NCBI GenBank assembly: GCA_016782785.1
Contig: JADHXV010000001.1
Span: 1-45,038, forward strand
Direction of reading: 5' to 3'
Source: Planctomycetota bacterium
GTDB lineage: Bacteria; Planctomycetota; Phycisphaerae; FEN-1346
Length of the DNA stretch: 45,038 nt
Shown here: positions 1-6,559 of the stretch, one piece after another
Layout: every line of letters begins with the position of its first letter
How positions within the stretch are numbered: position 1 is the first letter of the stretch
Translations under genes and position numbers: made by a program
Notes under the pieces: model-generated
Told to the model about the DNA's origin: nothing
Seen by the model: the letters and a program-made list of their open reading frames with translations, nothing else
Databases searched by the model: none

Positions 1-93
1 CGGGCGGGCGCCAAGGCCGGCAACAAGGGCGCCGACGCCGCCGCCAGCGCCATCGAAATGGCCAACCTCCTGGATCAACTGCCCCGGAAGTAG
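1..93 (+). CDS. ribH: 3' end of 6,7-dimethyl-8-ribityllumazine synthase (partial; start lies outside the window)
   Basis: Frame 1 reads ...AGNKGADAAASAIEMANLLDQLPRK and stops at TAG 91-93. This resembles the C-terminal helix of lumazine synthase. ribH immediately upstream of nusB is a common conserved pair. Only 30 codons are visible. Confidence 0.5.
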   Translation, partial: RAGAKAGNKGADAAASAIEMANLLDQLPRK

Positions 94-216
94 GCAAGGT
101 ACACAGACAGGGGCCCGAGGCGAACCCGGCGGACTGTCCGGCGCCCGCACGGCAGCGGCGCGGCGGTCGTGGCCCGGCGCCTTGGGCTCGCGATGTCTTT
201 GGCGGGTCGTTACCCC

Positions 217-756
217 ATGAAGCGACGTGAGCGGGCACGCCGGATGGCCCTTCAGGCTCTGTATCAACTGGACGTGCGGGGCGAGGAGTTCGGGCCCGAG
301 GCGGTCCAGTTCCTCCGCGACAGCACGCGCGACCCGGAGGTGTACTTCTTTGCGCGCCGGCTGGCCGAGGGCGCCTGGGCGTGGCGGCGCGAGGCCGACC
401 TCCTCATCGAAGAGGCCGCCGAACACTGGCGCATCCACCGCATGGCCCCGGTGGACCGGAACATCATCCGCCTGGCCACGTGGGAAATGTGCCGGGCCGA
501 CGATATCCCCGAGCGCGTGGCCATCGATCAGGCCATCGAAATGGCCAAGGAGTTCAGCGCAGCCGAGGCCCCGGGGTTCGTCAACGGCGTGCTGGACCGC
601 GTCCTTCGGCTGGCCCGCGAGCAGGGCCTGGTGGCCGAGGAAGAAGCGGCCGATGCCGAGGAGGCAGCGGACGGGCAGGGCGACGAGGCGGCCGCTGGAA
701 CAGACGAGGGGGCCGCCGACGCCGAGGAGGCGGGACAAGGGCAGGACGGCGTTTAG
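217..756 (+). CDS. nusB: Transcription antitermination factor NusB with an acidic Ala/Glu/Asp/Gly-rich C-terminal tail
   Basis: MKRRERARRMALQALYQLDVRG... is a typical NusB N-terminus, and DRNIIRLATWEM and AIDQAIEMAKEF motifs are present. ATG 217 was chosen within ORF 169..756; ATG 193 and GTG 169 are alternatives. Confidence 0.9.
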   Translation: MKRRERARRMALQALYQLDVRGEEFGPEAVQFLRDSTRDPEVYFFARRLAEGAWAWRREADLLIEEAAEHWRIHRMAPVDRNIIRLATWEMCRADDIPERVAIDQAIEMAKEFSAAEAPGFVNGVLDRVLRLAREQGLVAEEEAADAEEAADGQGDEAAAGTDEGAADAEEAGQGQDGV

Positions 757-781
757 TACGCCAACGTGACAAGGGCGATTT

Positions 782-809
782 GCGCGGCGGGTCTCCGCAC
801 CCACCGCGC
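782..809. repeat. REP-B palindrome copy 1 (gcgcggcgggtctccgcacccaccgcgc)
   Basis: One mismatch to the reverse complement of the 28-nt element at 6485-6512 and 37608-37635. It has 10-bp GC-rich arms around an 8-nt loop. Confidence 0.8.
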
Positions 810-831
810 AACAATCGGTGTTCTTTTGGCG

Positions 832-853
832 GCGCGGCCCGAACGGGCCGCGC
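832..853. repeat. REP-F hairpin copy 1 (gcgcggccc-gaac-gggccgcgc)
   Basis: Perfect 9-bp stem. The same stem with a different loop (gcat) recurs at 4531-4552. In both places a REP-A element follows 11-20 nt later. Confidence 0.75.
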
Positions 854-864
854 GGAAGGGGAAA

Positions 865-909
865 GATGTCATTCTGAGTAGGCCCGAAGGGCCGACGAAG
901 AATCTCGCC
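865..909 (+). repeat. REP-A element copy 1 (gatgtcattctgag - hairpin - gaagaatctcgcc)
   Basis: The conserved flanks are shared with 4573-4615 (same orientation) and 39650-39692 (inverted). The internal hairpin is ggccc-gaa-gggcc. Confidence 0.8.
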
Positions 910-939
910 TTTCTTTCCTGAGCACACGGAGCAGGCGGC

Positions 940-1863
940 ATGGTGTTGAAGAAGTGGCTGGGCAAACTCTCGTCGGGTCTGGCGAAGACGCGGTCGCGGC
1001 TGGCCGACGGCATGCGCGACCTTTTTCGCGTCGGCCGCAAGGTCGATGCGGCGTTTCTGGAGGAACTCGAGGAAACGCTCATCCTGGGCGACGTGGGCGT
1101 GGCCACCACCCAGCGGATCATCGAAGACCTGAAGGCCCGCTACCGCGACCGCGAGATCACCGCCGCCGACGATCTGCTCGGCATCATCAAGCGCGACCTC
1201 AAGGAAGGCCTGGGCGACGCCGACCGGTCGCTGCACACCAACCCCGACGGTCCCACGGTGGTGATGGTGGCGGGCGTCAACGGCAGCGGCAAGACGACGG
1301 CGGTGGCCCGGCTGGCGCGGATGCTCATGGGCCAGGGCCGCTCGGTCCTCCTGGCCGCGTGCGACACGTTCCGGGCCGCGGCCCACGAGCAACTCGGCAT
1401 CTGGAGCGACCGCGTCGGCGCCGACATGGTCCATCATCAGATGGGGGCCGACCCGGCGGCGGTGGCGTACGACGCGGCGGAGGCGGCCGTCTCGCGCGGC
1501 ATCGACTTCCTGCTGGTCGACACCGCCGGCCGCCTGCACACGCAGGACCACCTGATGCGGGAACTCTCGAAGATCCGCAACGTCCTGGCCAAGAAGGTGC
1601 CGGGCGCCCCGCACGAGGTCCTGCTGGTGCTCGACGCCACGACCGGCCAGAATGCCATCGCCCAGGCCAAGCAGTTCCGCGAGGCCACCGACGTGACGGG
1701 CGTGTTCCTGGCGAAACTGGACGGCACGGCCAAGGGGGGCATCGTGCTGGCCATCCGGAAGGAACTGGGCATCCCCGTCAAGTTCGTCGGCATCGGCGAG
1801 GGGCCGGACGACATTGCCCCCTTCGACCCCGACACGTTCGTCGAGGCGCTGTTCGGGGCTTGA
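940..1863 (+). CDS. ftsY: Signal recognition particle receptor FtsY (NG domain with a short N-terminus)
   Basis: GVNGSGKTTAVARLA (GTPase G1), DTAGRLHTQ (G3), LAKLDGTAKGG (G4-like) and a C-terminal GIGEGPDDIAPFDPDTFVEALF. The last 50 nt (1807-1856) are duplicated at 3762-3811. Confidence 0.95.
   Translation: MVLKKWLGKLSSGLAKTRSRLADGMRDLFRVGRKVDAAFLEELEETLILGDVGVATTQRIIEDLKARYRDREITAADDLLGIIKRDLKEGLGDADRSLHTNPDGPTVVMVAGVNGSGKTTAVARLARMLMGQGRSVLLAACDTFRAAAHEQLGIWSDRVGADMVHHQMGADPAAVAYDAAEAAVSRGIDFLLVDTAGRLHTQDHLMRELSKIRNVLAKKVPGAPHEVLLVLDATTGQNAIAQAKQFREATDVTGVFLAKLDGTAKGGIVLAIRKELGIPVKFVGIGEGPDDIAPFDPDTFVEALFGA
1807..1856 (+). repeat. Direct repeat, left copy (inside the ftsY 3' end)
   Basis: gacgacattgcccccttcgaccccgacacgttcgtcgaggcgctgttcgg is 49/50 identical to 3762-3811. 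The single difference is a synonymous att/atc change. Confidence 0.95.
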
Positions 1864-1936
1864 AGCCAACAGCTCTGTTGCTGTAGGCTGGCGTAGTGCT
1901 ATCATGGTGTGCGGACATTGTGCTTGGAGCCTGCGC

Positions 1937-3148
1937 GTGATCCCTCACATTCGCGAGGTCCGTATCAGGAACTACAAGAGCGTTGACCAGGCGGCGGTGT
2001 CTCTTGAGCCGTTTACGCTGCTTGTTGGTCCGAACGGTTCAGGGAAAAGCAACTTCATTGATTGCCTTGCCTTCGTGCAGGAGTGTCTGGCCGAGTCTAT
2101 CGAATTGGCTTTCAAGAACCGAGGTGGCATCAACGCAGTGCGCCGCAAGTCCGGCGGACATCCCACGCACATCGGCATCGGGCTGAGCCTGTGCTTGCAC
2201 GACGGCGGAACGGCTGACTACGGGTTCGAGATCGCGGCTGAGAAGGCCGGTGGCTTCCGCGTTGCGCGCGAGTCATGCCGCAGGCGTCCATTCATGGGGC
2301 CAGAGGCGGGCTTTGAGGTTGTCGACGGAGAGTTCATCAAGGAGATTGCTGGCATACGACCTAAGGTCTCGCCTGATCGCCTTGCCTTGTTTGCGGCATC
2401 CGCGACCGAGGAGTTCAGGCCGGTTTTTGACTTCCTCACCTCAATGCGCGTCTACTCGGTGGCTCCTGAACGGCTCCGCGAACTGCAGGATCCTGATCCC
2501 GGCGTATACCTTAAGCGTGATGGAAGCAACGCCGCCGCTGTACTCAAGCAAGTGAAGCAGGCAGGTGGAGGAAACGACAGGTACGCGCGGCTTTGTCGGC
2601 TACTTTCTAAGGTCGTGAGGGGCCTAAGCTGCGTTGAGTACCGACCCGTCGGCCAAAAGGAGACGCTTCAGTTCAGGCAGGATGTGGGCCTAGCCCACCC
2701 CTGGCGCTTCGATGCCCTCAACATGTCAGATGGTACTCTTCGCGCTCTGGGGCTGCTGCTGGCCGTTTACCAGGTCGGAAAGGCTTCAGTTGTGGCAGTC
2801 GAGGAGCCCGAGGCTACCGTGCATCCTGCGGTGATGGACGTGATCGTGGACGTACTCCTTGACGCCTCGAATGACCGTCAGGTGCTGGTAACCACCCATA
2901 GCCCCGACATCCTGGAGCACAAGGGGATCCGCGACAGCCAGATAAGAGTGGTAACACTTGATCAGAACCGGACCCTGATTTGCCCTCTGTCCGAGGCCAG
3001 TCGAGAAGCCGTGCGGAGTAAATTGTACACGCTGGGCGAATTGCTGAGGTCTGACGAACTCTCCGCGGACGTCAAGGCCGCCAAGAGGGCTGCTTCGGAG
3101 TTCAGCCTGTTTGACTCTGCCAAGGATCCATTCCAGACGCCGCAATGA
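1937..3148 (+). CDS. ABC-type ATPase of the AAA15/AAA21 (OLD/RecF-like) kind
   Basis: IREVRIRNYKSV N-terminus, Walker A GPNGSGKSN (2027-2053), signature-like MSDGTLRALGLL, Walker B/D-loop VVAVEEPEATVHP (from 2789) and H-loop VTTHSPDIL. The GTG 1937 start is favoured: GGAG lies 8 nt upstream, and a TTGCTG-16-TATCAT promoter-like motif at 1877-1904 would overlap the alternative ATG 1904. The ORF track starts it at 1814, inside ftsY. Confidence 0.85.
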   Translation: MIPHIREVRIRNYKSVDQAAVSLEPFTLLVGPNGSGKSNFIDCLAFVQECLAESIELAFKNRGGINAVRRKSGGHPTHIGIGLSLCLHDGGTADYGFEIAAEKAGGFRVARESCRRRPFMGPEAGFEVVDGEFIKEIAGIRPKVSPDRLALFAASATEEFRPVFDFLTSMRVYSVAPERLRELQDPDPGVYLKRDGSNAAAVLKQVKQAGGGNDRYARLCRLLSKVVRGLSCVEYRPVGQKETLQFRQDVGLAHPWRFDALNMSDGTLRALGLLLAVYQVGKASVVAVEEPEATVHPAVMDVIVDVLLDASNDRQVLVTTHSPDILEHKGIRDSQIRVVTLDQNRTLICPLSEASREAVRSKLYTLGELLRSDELSADVKAAKRAASEFSLFDSAKDPFQTPQ

Positions 3149-3753
3149 CCGCCTCAATCGCCACTATTGTGGAGGGCCAGTCAGAGGTCCAGAGCGTGCC
3201 GGTCCTCTTGCGCCGTATCCTCTCCGAGTGCTTGGGCGCTTCCGGTGTTGATGTGGTTCGGCCCTTCCGGGTTCCACGCACCAAGATCGCAAGGGAACGC
3301 GAACTGGAGCGGGCGGTAAAGCAGACGCTGAGAGACAGGCCCAACGTTGAGGCCATACTGGTACTGCTGGATGCCGACGACGACGATCCCGCCGCCTTCG
3401 GACTGGCGCTTGCCGAGCGGGCGCAACAGGTGAGCGCCAAACCGGTGGCCGTGGTTCTGGCGACGAGAGAACTCGAGGCCTGGTTCCTGGGGGCCAAACG
3501 CTCTCTCAGGGGGGTCAGAGGCATTCGCGATGACGCCGAGCCGCCACCCAACCCAGAGGGTATGCGGGGAGCCAAAGAGTCGCTCTCCCGCAATATGACC
3601 GGTCGGCGGTATCTTGAGGTAGATGATCAGCCTGCACTGGCCGGTAGAATGGACCTTGAGGCGGCGAAGGCAGCCTGTCCGTCGTTCGCCAGACTTGTGC
3701 GGGAGGTGACGCGCCTCGTGGCATGCATTCCGTCCTCTCTGCGCGGTGGATGA
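3145..3753 (+). CDS. DUF4276-type small protein with a Toprim-like acidic motif pattern
   Basis: IVEGQSE (3166-3186), LLDADDDD (3364-3387) and ELEAWFL (3469-3489); 202 aa. Its ATG overlaps the TGA of the upstream ATPase (ATGA at 3145-3148), implying translational coupling. The family assignment is from motif memory and has not been searched. Confidence 0.7.
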   Translation: MTASIATIVEGQSEVQSVPVLLRRILSECLGASGVDVVRPFRVPRTKIARERELERAVKQTLRDRPNVEAILVLLDADDDDPAAFGLALAERAQQVSAKPVAVVLATRELEAWFLGAKRSLRGVRGIRDDAEPPPNPEGMRGAKESLSRNMTGRRYLEVDDQPALAGRMDLEAAKAACPSFARLVREVTRLVACIPSSLRGG

Positions 3754-3761
3754 GAGGCGCC

Positions 3762-3811
3762 GACGACATCGCCCCCTTCGACCCCGACACGTTCGTCGAG
3801 GCGCTGTTCGG
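3762..3811 (+). repeat. Direct repeat, right copy
   Basis: 49/50 identical to 1807-1856. It begins 8 nt after the stop of the DUF4276-type gene. Confidence 0.95.
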
Positions 3812-3827
3812 ATCCGGCGAGGAATAA
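3762..3827 (+). pseudogene. Orphan duplicate of the ftsY 3' end (DDIAPFDPDTFVEALFGSGEE*)
   Basis: It reads in frame as the last FtsY residues plus a different tail (GSGEE, TAA at 3825-3827), with no upstream coding continuation. This is probably the original ftsY terminus displaced by the insertion. Confidence 0.7.
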
Positions 3828-3981
3828 GGCGGGGCACGGGCTCGGCGCGGCCGGTGTATATGCCTTAAGGCTTGACGCGGGCGCCTCTGGAGCCTAAAAG
3901 AGATGAAGGCCGGCGACGGCCGCTTCGCCGCGTGCCCGGCCATTGGTCATTGCACCCCGAAGGACCACGAGAGGAGAACCT

Positions 3982-4473
3982 ATGAGCACGGCACAGGACA
4001 AGAAGAAGGTCATCGAACTGCTGAACCAGGGCCGGGCGGCTGAACTGACGGCCATCATGCAGTACATGGCCCAGCACTACGAACTCGATGACGCCGACTA
4101 CGGCAAACTCGCCAAGATCATGAAGACCATCGGCATCCAGGAGATGAACCACGCCGAGCAACTCGCCGAACGGATCCTGTACCTCGGCGGCACGCCGACG
4201 TCGGAGCCGGACGGCAAGGTCACCAAGGGCCAGGACATCGCCGCCATGCTCAAGCGCGACATCGGCCTGGAGACGGGGGCCGTCGAGATGTACAACGCCT
4301 CCGCCATGGGCTGCGCCAAGGCCGGCGACCACACGTCCAAGCAACTGTTTCAGGACCTCCTGCAGGACGAGGAGGAACACCTGGGCCAGTTCCAGAACAT
4401 CCAGGACCACGTCGCCAAACTGGGCGACGCATACCTGGCCACGCTCGTCGGCGATCAGGGCGGCGAGGCGTAG
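3982..4473 (+). CDS. bfr: Bacterioferritin / ferritin-like di-iron protein
   Basis: LNQGRAAELTAIMQYMAQHY, IQEMNHAEQLAERILYLGGTP and LLQDEEEHL give the Bfr-type E/ExxH ligand pattern. RBS gaggagaa lies 5 nt before ATG 3982. Confidence 0.85.
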   Translation: MSTAQDKKKVIELLNQGRAAELTAIMQYMAQHYELDDADYGKLAKIMKTIGIQEMNHAEQLAERILYLGGTPTSEPDGKVTKGQDIAAMLKRDIGLETGAVEMYNASAMGCAKAGDHTSKQLFQDLLQDEEEHLGQFQNIQDHVAKLGDAYLATLVGDQGGEA

Positions 4474-4482
4474 GCGGCAACC

Positions 4483-4506
4483 TCCCTCTCCCTCGACGGG
4501 AGAGGG
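4483..4506 (+). terminator. Hairpin tccctctccc-tcgac-gggagaggg just after bfr (possible terminator or repeat module)
   Basis: A 9-bp stem begins 10 nt after the bfr stop and is followed only by tt, so there is no real U-tract. The sequence type (ccctctccc...gggagagggttggggtgaggg) looks like a common GC-rich repeat module. Confidence 0.35.
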
Positions 4507-4530
4507 TTGGGGTGAGGGCGAGAACACACC

Positions 4531-4552
4531 GCGCGGCCCGCATGGGCCGCGC
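4531..4552. repeat. REP-F hairpin copy 2 (gcgcggccc-gcat-gggccgcgc)
   Basis: The stem is identical to 832-853 and the loop differs. Confidence 0.75.
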
Positions 4553-4572
4553 CGAACCGCGGTTTTCCCCGC

Positions 4573-4615
4573 GATGTCATTCTGAGGGTCGCCTTGCGAC
4601 CCGAAGAATCTCGCC
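4573..4615 (+). repeat. REP-A element copy 2
   Basis: gatgtcattctgag-ggtcgccttgcgaccc-gaagaatctcgcc. The flanks are identical to 865-909. The internal hairpin has a different sequence but is still self-complementary (ggtcgc/gcgacc). Confidence 0.8.
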
Positions 4616-4756
4616 GTTGCCGTTTGTGGAGCAGCCCGCACGGGCCGAGCCACGCCGAGAAGCAAGGCGCTTCGTGCGCGTCCCGTCCGGTTGCGTCGTT
4701 CCCCGCGGGGCGATATACTGCCTCCACCACCCGCATCCCTCGAGGGCGAGCGCGCC

Positions 4757-5206
4757 ATGATTATCTCCGACCTCCAGGCCATTGACGGCCGACGCTACCC
4801 CGCCCGGCGACGCACCCAGAACCTCGTCGGCGGCCCCGCCCCCATCCAGTGCCGCAACTTCTCGATGGGCTACGTCACCCTCGACCCCGACGGCGGCCAG
4901 GTGCCCTGGCACAACCAGGAGAGCGAAGAGGTGTACTTCGTCGTCACCGGCACGTGTGAAATGTGCCTAGGCGACGAGCGGCGGACCATCCACGGCGGCC
5001 AGGCCGTCTACGTCCCGCCGGGCGTGTACCACCAGATCACGAACATCGGCCCCGGCCCGGCCGTCTTCCTGTACGTCTACGGACCGGCCGGCGACGTGGC
5101 CCACTGGCGACAGGAACTGGCCGGCACGCTGCCGAAGGCGGGCGTCGACGTTCCGCCGCTGCCCCACGGCGCCCGGCCCCAGTGCACCGACGCGCCGGAG
5201 GCGTAG
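4757..5206 (+). CDS. Cupin domain protein
   Basis: [53 protein letters not shown] is a classic two-motif cupin barrel. The start was set at ATG 4757 (MIISDL). Confidence 0.75.
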   Translation: MIISDLQAIDGRRYPARRRTQNLVGGPAPIQCRNFSMGYVTLDPDGGQVPWHNQESEEVYFVVTGTCEMCLGDERRTIHGGQAVYVPPGVYHQITNIGPGPAVFLYVYGPAGDVAHWRQELAGTLPKAGVDVPPLPHGARPQCTDAPEA

Positions 5207-5229
5207 ACATCGAATCCCTCGGCATTATC

Positions 5230-6363
5230 ATGAACGGCGTCACGGGCCGCATGGGCACGAACCAGCACCTGGTCCGCTCGATCCTGGCCATCCGCGACGA
5301 GGGCGGCGTCCGGACCGCCGACGGCCGGACCATACTGCCCGAGCCCGTTCTCGTCGGCCGCAACCCGGAGAAGTTGAAGGCTCTGGATGCCGAGTACGGC
5401 CCGCTGCGCTGGACCACGGACCTCGATGCCGCGCTGGCCGACGCGTCGCTGCCGGTCTACTTCGATTCACTCTCCACGTCGCTCAGGCCGGCGTGCGTGC
5501 GCAAGGCCATCGCGGCCGGCAAACACGTCTACTGCGAGAAGCCGACTGCCACCACCAGCGACGAGGCGTACGCCCTGTACGCGCTGGCCCGCGACGCCGG
5601 CGTCAAGCACGGCGTGGTGCAGGACAAACTCTGGCTGCCGGGCCTCGTGAAACTCAAGCGCCTGATCGACGGCGGTTTCTTCGGCCGCATCCTCTCGGTT
5701 CGCGGCGAGTTCGGGTACTGGGTGTTCACGGGCGACGCCCCGGCCCGGCCGCCGCAGCGGCCGTCGTGGAACTACCGGGCGGAGGAGGGCGGCAGCCTTC
5801 TCGTCGACATGTTCTGCCACTGGCGGTACGTCTTCGACAACCTCTTCGGGCCCGTCCGGTCGGTGGCGTGCCTAGGGACCACGCACATCCCCGAGCGGTG
5901 CGACGAGGCCGGCCGCCCGTACGCCTGCACCGCCGACGATGCCGCCTACGCCATCTTCGAGGTGGGCGACGACGGCGTCGTGGTCCAGATGAACTCCTCG
6001 TGGTGCACCCGCGTCCGGCGCGACGACCTGCTTGTGCTCCAGGTGGACGGGACGCAGGGCTCGGCCGTGGCGGGCCTCCGCGACTGCCGCATCCAGACGC
6101 TCGCCGACACGCCCCGGCCCGTGTGGAACCCCGACGTGCCCAACCCCGTCGATTTCTGGGAAGGGTGGGACCTGGTCGACACCGACGCGGCGTACGAGAA
6201 CGCGTTCAAGGCCCAGTGGGAGTTGTTCCTCCGGCACGTGGCGGCCGACGAGCCGTTTCCGTGGACGCTGCTGGAGGGGGCCAAGGGCGTCCAACTGGCC
6301 GAGGTCGGCCGGCAGGCCTGGCACGAGCGGCGATGGCTGGACGTGCCCGACCTCGCGCCGTAG
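5230..6363 (+). CDS. Gfo/Idh/MocA-family NAD(P)-dependent oxidoreductase
   Basis: (LGII)[14 protein letters not shown] Rossmann start, [10 protein letters not shown] motif and a C-terminal alpha/beta domain. The upstream part of ORF 4963..6363 is an Arg/Pro-rich out-of-frame overlap with the cupin gene. ATG 5230 is the first plausible start, although it truncates beta-1 slightly. Confidence 0.8.
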   Translation: MNGVTGRMGTNQHLVRSILAIRDEGGVRTADGRTILPEPVLVGRNPEKLKALDAEYGPLRWTTDLDAALADASLPVYFDSLSTSLRPACVRKAIAAGKHVYCEKPTATTSDEAYALYALARDAGVKHGVVQDKLWLPGLVKLKRLIDGGFFGRILSVRGEFGYWVFTGDAPARPPQRPSWNYRAEEGGSLLVDMFCHWRYVFDNLFGPVRSVACLGTTHIPERCDEAGRPYACTADDAAYAIFEVGDDGVVVQMNSSWCTRVRRDDLLVLQVDGTQGSAVAGLRDCRIQTLADTPRPVWNPDVPNPVDFWEGWDLVDTDAAYENAFKAQWELFLRHVAADEPFPWTLLEGAKGVQLAEVGRQAWHERRWLDVPDLAP

Positions 6364-6427
6364 AATGCGGGCAAGACGGCTGTGTGGCCCGGCCGGGTTG
6401 TCCGGCCGCGAGGCGCGCGGCAATTCG

Positions 6428-6459
6428 CATTTAGCCGCCGGACTTGTCCGGCGCGTGTT
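6428..6459 (+). repeat. REP-C element copy 1 (catttagccgccggacttgtccggcgcgtgtt)
   Basis: 32/32 identical to 39498-39529, in the same orientation. It contains the hairpin gccggac-tt-gtccggc. Confidence 0.9.
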
Positions 6460-6484
6460 ATTGGCATGACGCGCCCCGCAAGGC

Positions 6485-6512
6485 GCGCGGCGGGTGCGGA
6501 GACCCGCCGCGC
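6485..6512. repeat. REP-B palindrome copy 2 (gcgcggcgggtgcggagacccgccgcgc)
   Basis: 28/28 identical to 37608-37635, and inverted relative to 782-809. Confidence 0.85.
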
Positions 6513-6559
6513 GGTATGCAACGCTCGCAGGCAGAACGTTCGATCCAAGGAGGCCGACC

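Larger units (their letters stand above)
1807..3811 (+). mobile_element. Putative inserted cassette (unique part about 1857-3761) bounded by 50-bp direct repeats; no recombinase gene
   Basis: Direct repeats lie at both ends. GC is visibly lower: hand counts give 34/60 at 1921-1980 and 32/60 at 2941-3000, against 43/60 at 1681-1740 in ftsY. An orphan ftsY tail lies downstream. Only two genes fill the interval. Confidence 0.6.

Noticed and set aside
1814-1936. Upstream extension of the ATPase ORF into ftsY (the track starts it at 1814)
   Set aside because: The first 16 codons overlap the ftsY coding end in another frame. The conserved ATPase N-terminus (IREVRIRNYKSV) begins just after GTG 1937, which has a GGAG upstream. 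The extension adds only non-conserved residues.
1857-3761. Search for an integrase, transposase, toxin-antitoxin pair or third gene inside the cassette
   Set aside because: The two genes fill the interval, leaving 80 nt at the left and 8 nt at the right. The other-frame ORFs there (for example 3181..3837 -, 2786..3157 -) are antisense and Arg-rich with no motifs. The absence of a mobility gene is therefore reported as an observation, not resolved.
3865-4782. 305-aa minus-strand ORF spanning bfr and the downstream repeats, plus small ORFs at 4512..4760 and 4455..4736
   Set aside because: It is antisense to a well-supported bacterioferritin gene, and it then translates REP modules (for example PSPQPSPVEGEG from the ccctctccc/gggagaggg hairpin). 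It is an artefact of repeats and GC content.
5203-5229. Earlier start for the Gfo/Idh/MocA oxidoreductase that would restore a full beta-1 strand (VDIESLGII)
   Set aside because: The in-frame codons upstream of ATG 5230 are GTA, GAC, ATC, GAA, TCC, CTC, GGC, ATT and ATC. None is a standard start codon. The next real start candidates lie far upstream in Arg/Pro-rich overlap with the cupin gene.
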